Below the pieces are notes generated by a model. The model was given only the letters and a program-made list of their open reading frames with translations, made no database searches and had not been told where the DNA came from. From Paraglomus brasilianum (lineage: Eukaryota), in contig CAJVPI010000314.1 of assembly GCA_910592345.1 (NCBI GenBank), forward strand, positions 1-35,764: a stretch of DNA of 35,764 nucleotides, given 5' to 3'. This document shows positions 35,214 to 35,764 of the stretch, in pieces. The number at the start of each line of letters is the position of its first letter. Positions within the stretch are counted from its first letter, which is position 1. The translations under genes and the position numbers were made by a program.

Positions 35214-35764
35214 ATGTCTCAAACGTCTGATAATTCGTACAAAGAATGGCTACGCGAAAGCATTCAAGATGGTTCAATCTATTACTGCACAGAAAATGAT
35301 ATAACAGTAGACTTGAAACATATAATCGGTTTTGGAGCATTTGGAGTGGTGTATAAGGCAACGGTAAGACCGGGCAGCAATTTCGAAATTATTACCAAGA
35401 CGACACTAGGCGAGCGGCACAATGGTTCTGTTGCGGTGAAAATTCTACGGTCATATGAATATGGGGATTGTGAAGAAGATTCTCACCGACAATTTGTCAA
35501 AGAGGTTGCCCATTATTTTCTGTTATGTTACATTCATATTTGCGCCTAGATTAATTATTGAATAAATGTCATCCGCTAGCTAAAACATCACAAGGAAGCG
35601 AACAACCATCCCAACATTATTCATTTTTTAGGCCTATACGAAGGTTTGTTCATAAGTGATAGTTTATTGACTTCATACAAAGACAACTTTTCATTATTGT
35701 CTACTTTCCGTATAACAGACAAATACGCTAATTATCATATGATCTTCGAACTGGCTGACGGTGG
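35214..35764 (+). CDS. TKL kinase paralogue, 5' part (runs off window); inverted near-copy of 1016-2389
   Basis: MSQTSDNSYKEWLRESIQDG..GFGAFGVVYKA..VAVK..FVKE|LKHHKEANNHPNIIHFLGLYE|DKYANYHMIFELADG. Exons, introns and 5' flank align with the reverse complement of ~1830-2485. Confidence 0.85.

Overview
AT-rich, intron-containing eukaryotic (fungal) DNA. The gene families (TKL kinase-TPR paralogues, Uma2-like nuclease, coiled-coil repeat family, intronless bacterial-type RNase III) point to Mucoromycota, most likely Glomeromycotina; this is inference. A conserved multi-exon core at about 12-23.6 kb (calcineurin A, ribokinase, Pfa3-like DHHC palmitoyltransferase, CCDC6/DUF2046-like protein) lies between two repeat- and pseudogene-rich zones. 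The left zone holds a small secreted Gly-rich protein, a non-RD kinase-TPR, a SEC6 first-exon fragment, MITEs, a Tc1 relic, a Uma2-like nuclease and coiled-coil fragments. The right zone holds a kinase pseudogene split by a solo-LTR-like insertion, two tandem intronless class I RNase III genes, a frameshifted intron-containing Fanzor2/TnpB, and an inverted near-copy of the left-hand kinase running off the window end. The most notable items are the RNase III pair and the Fanzor2 relic with a possible omega-RNA/end region. All exon boundaries and motifs were read by eye; no searches were run.
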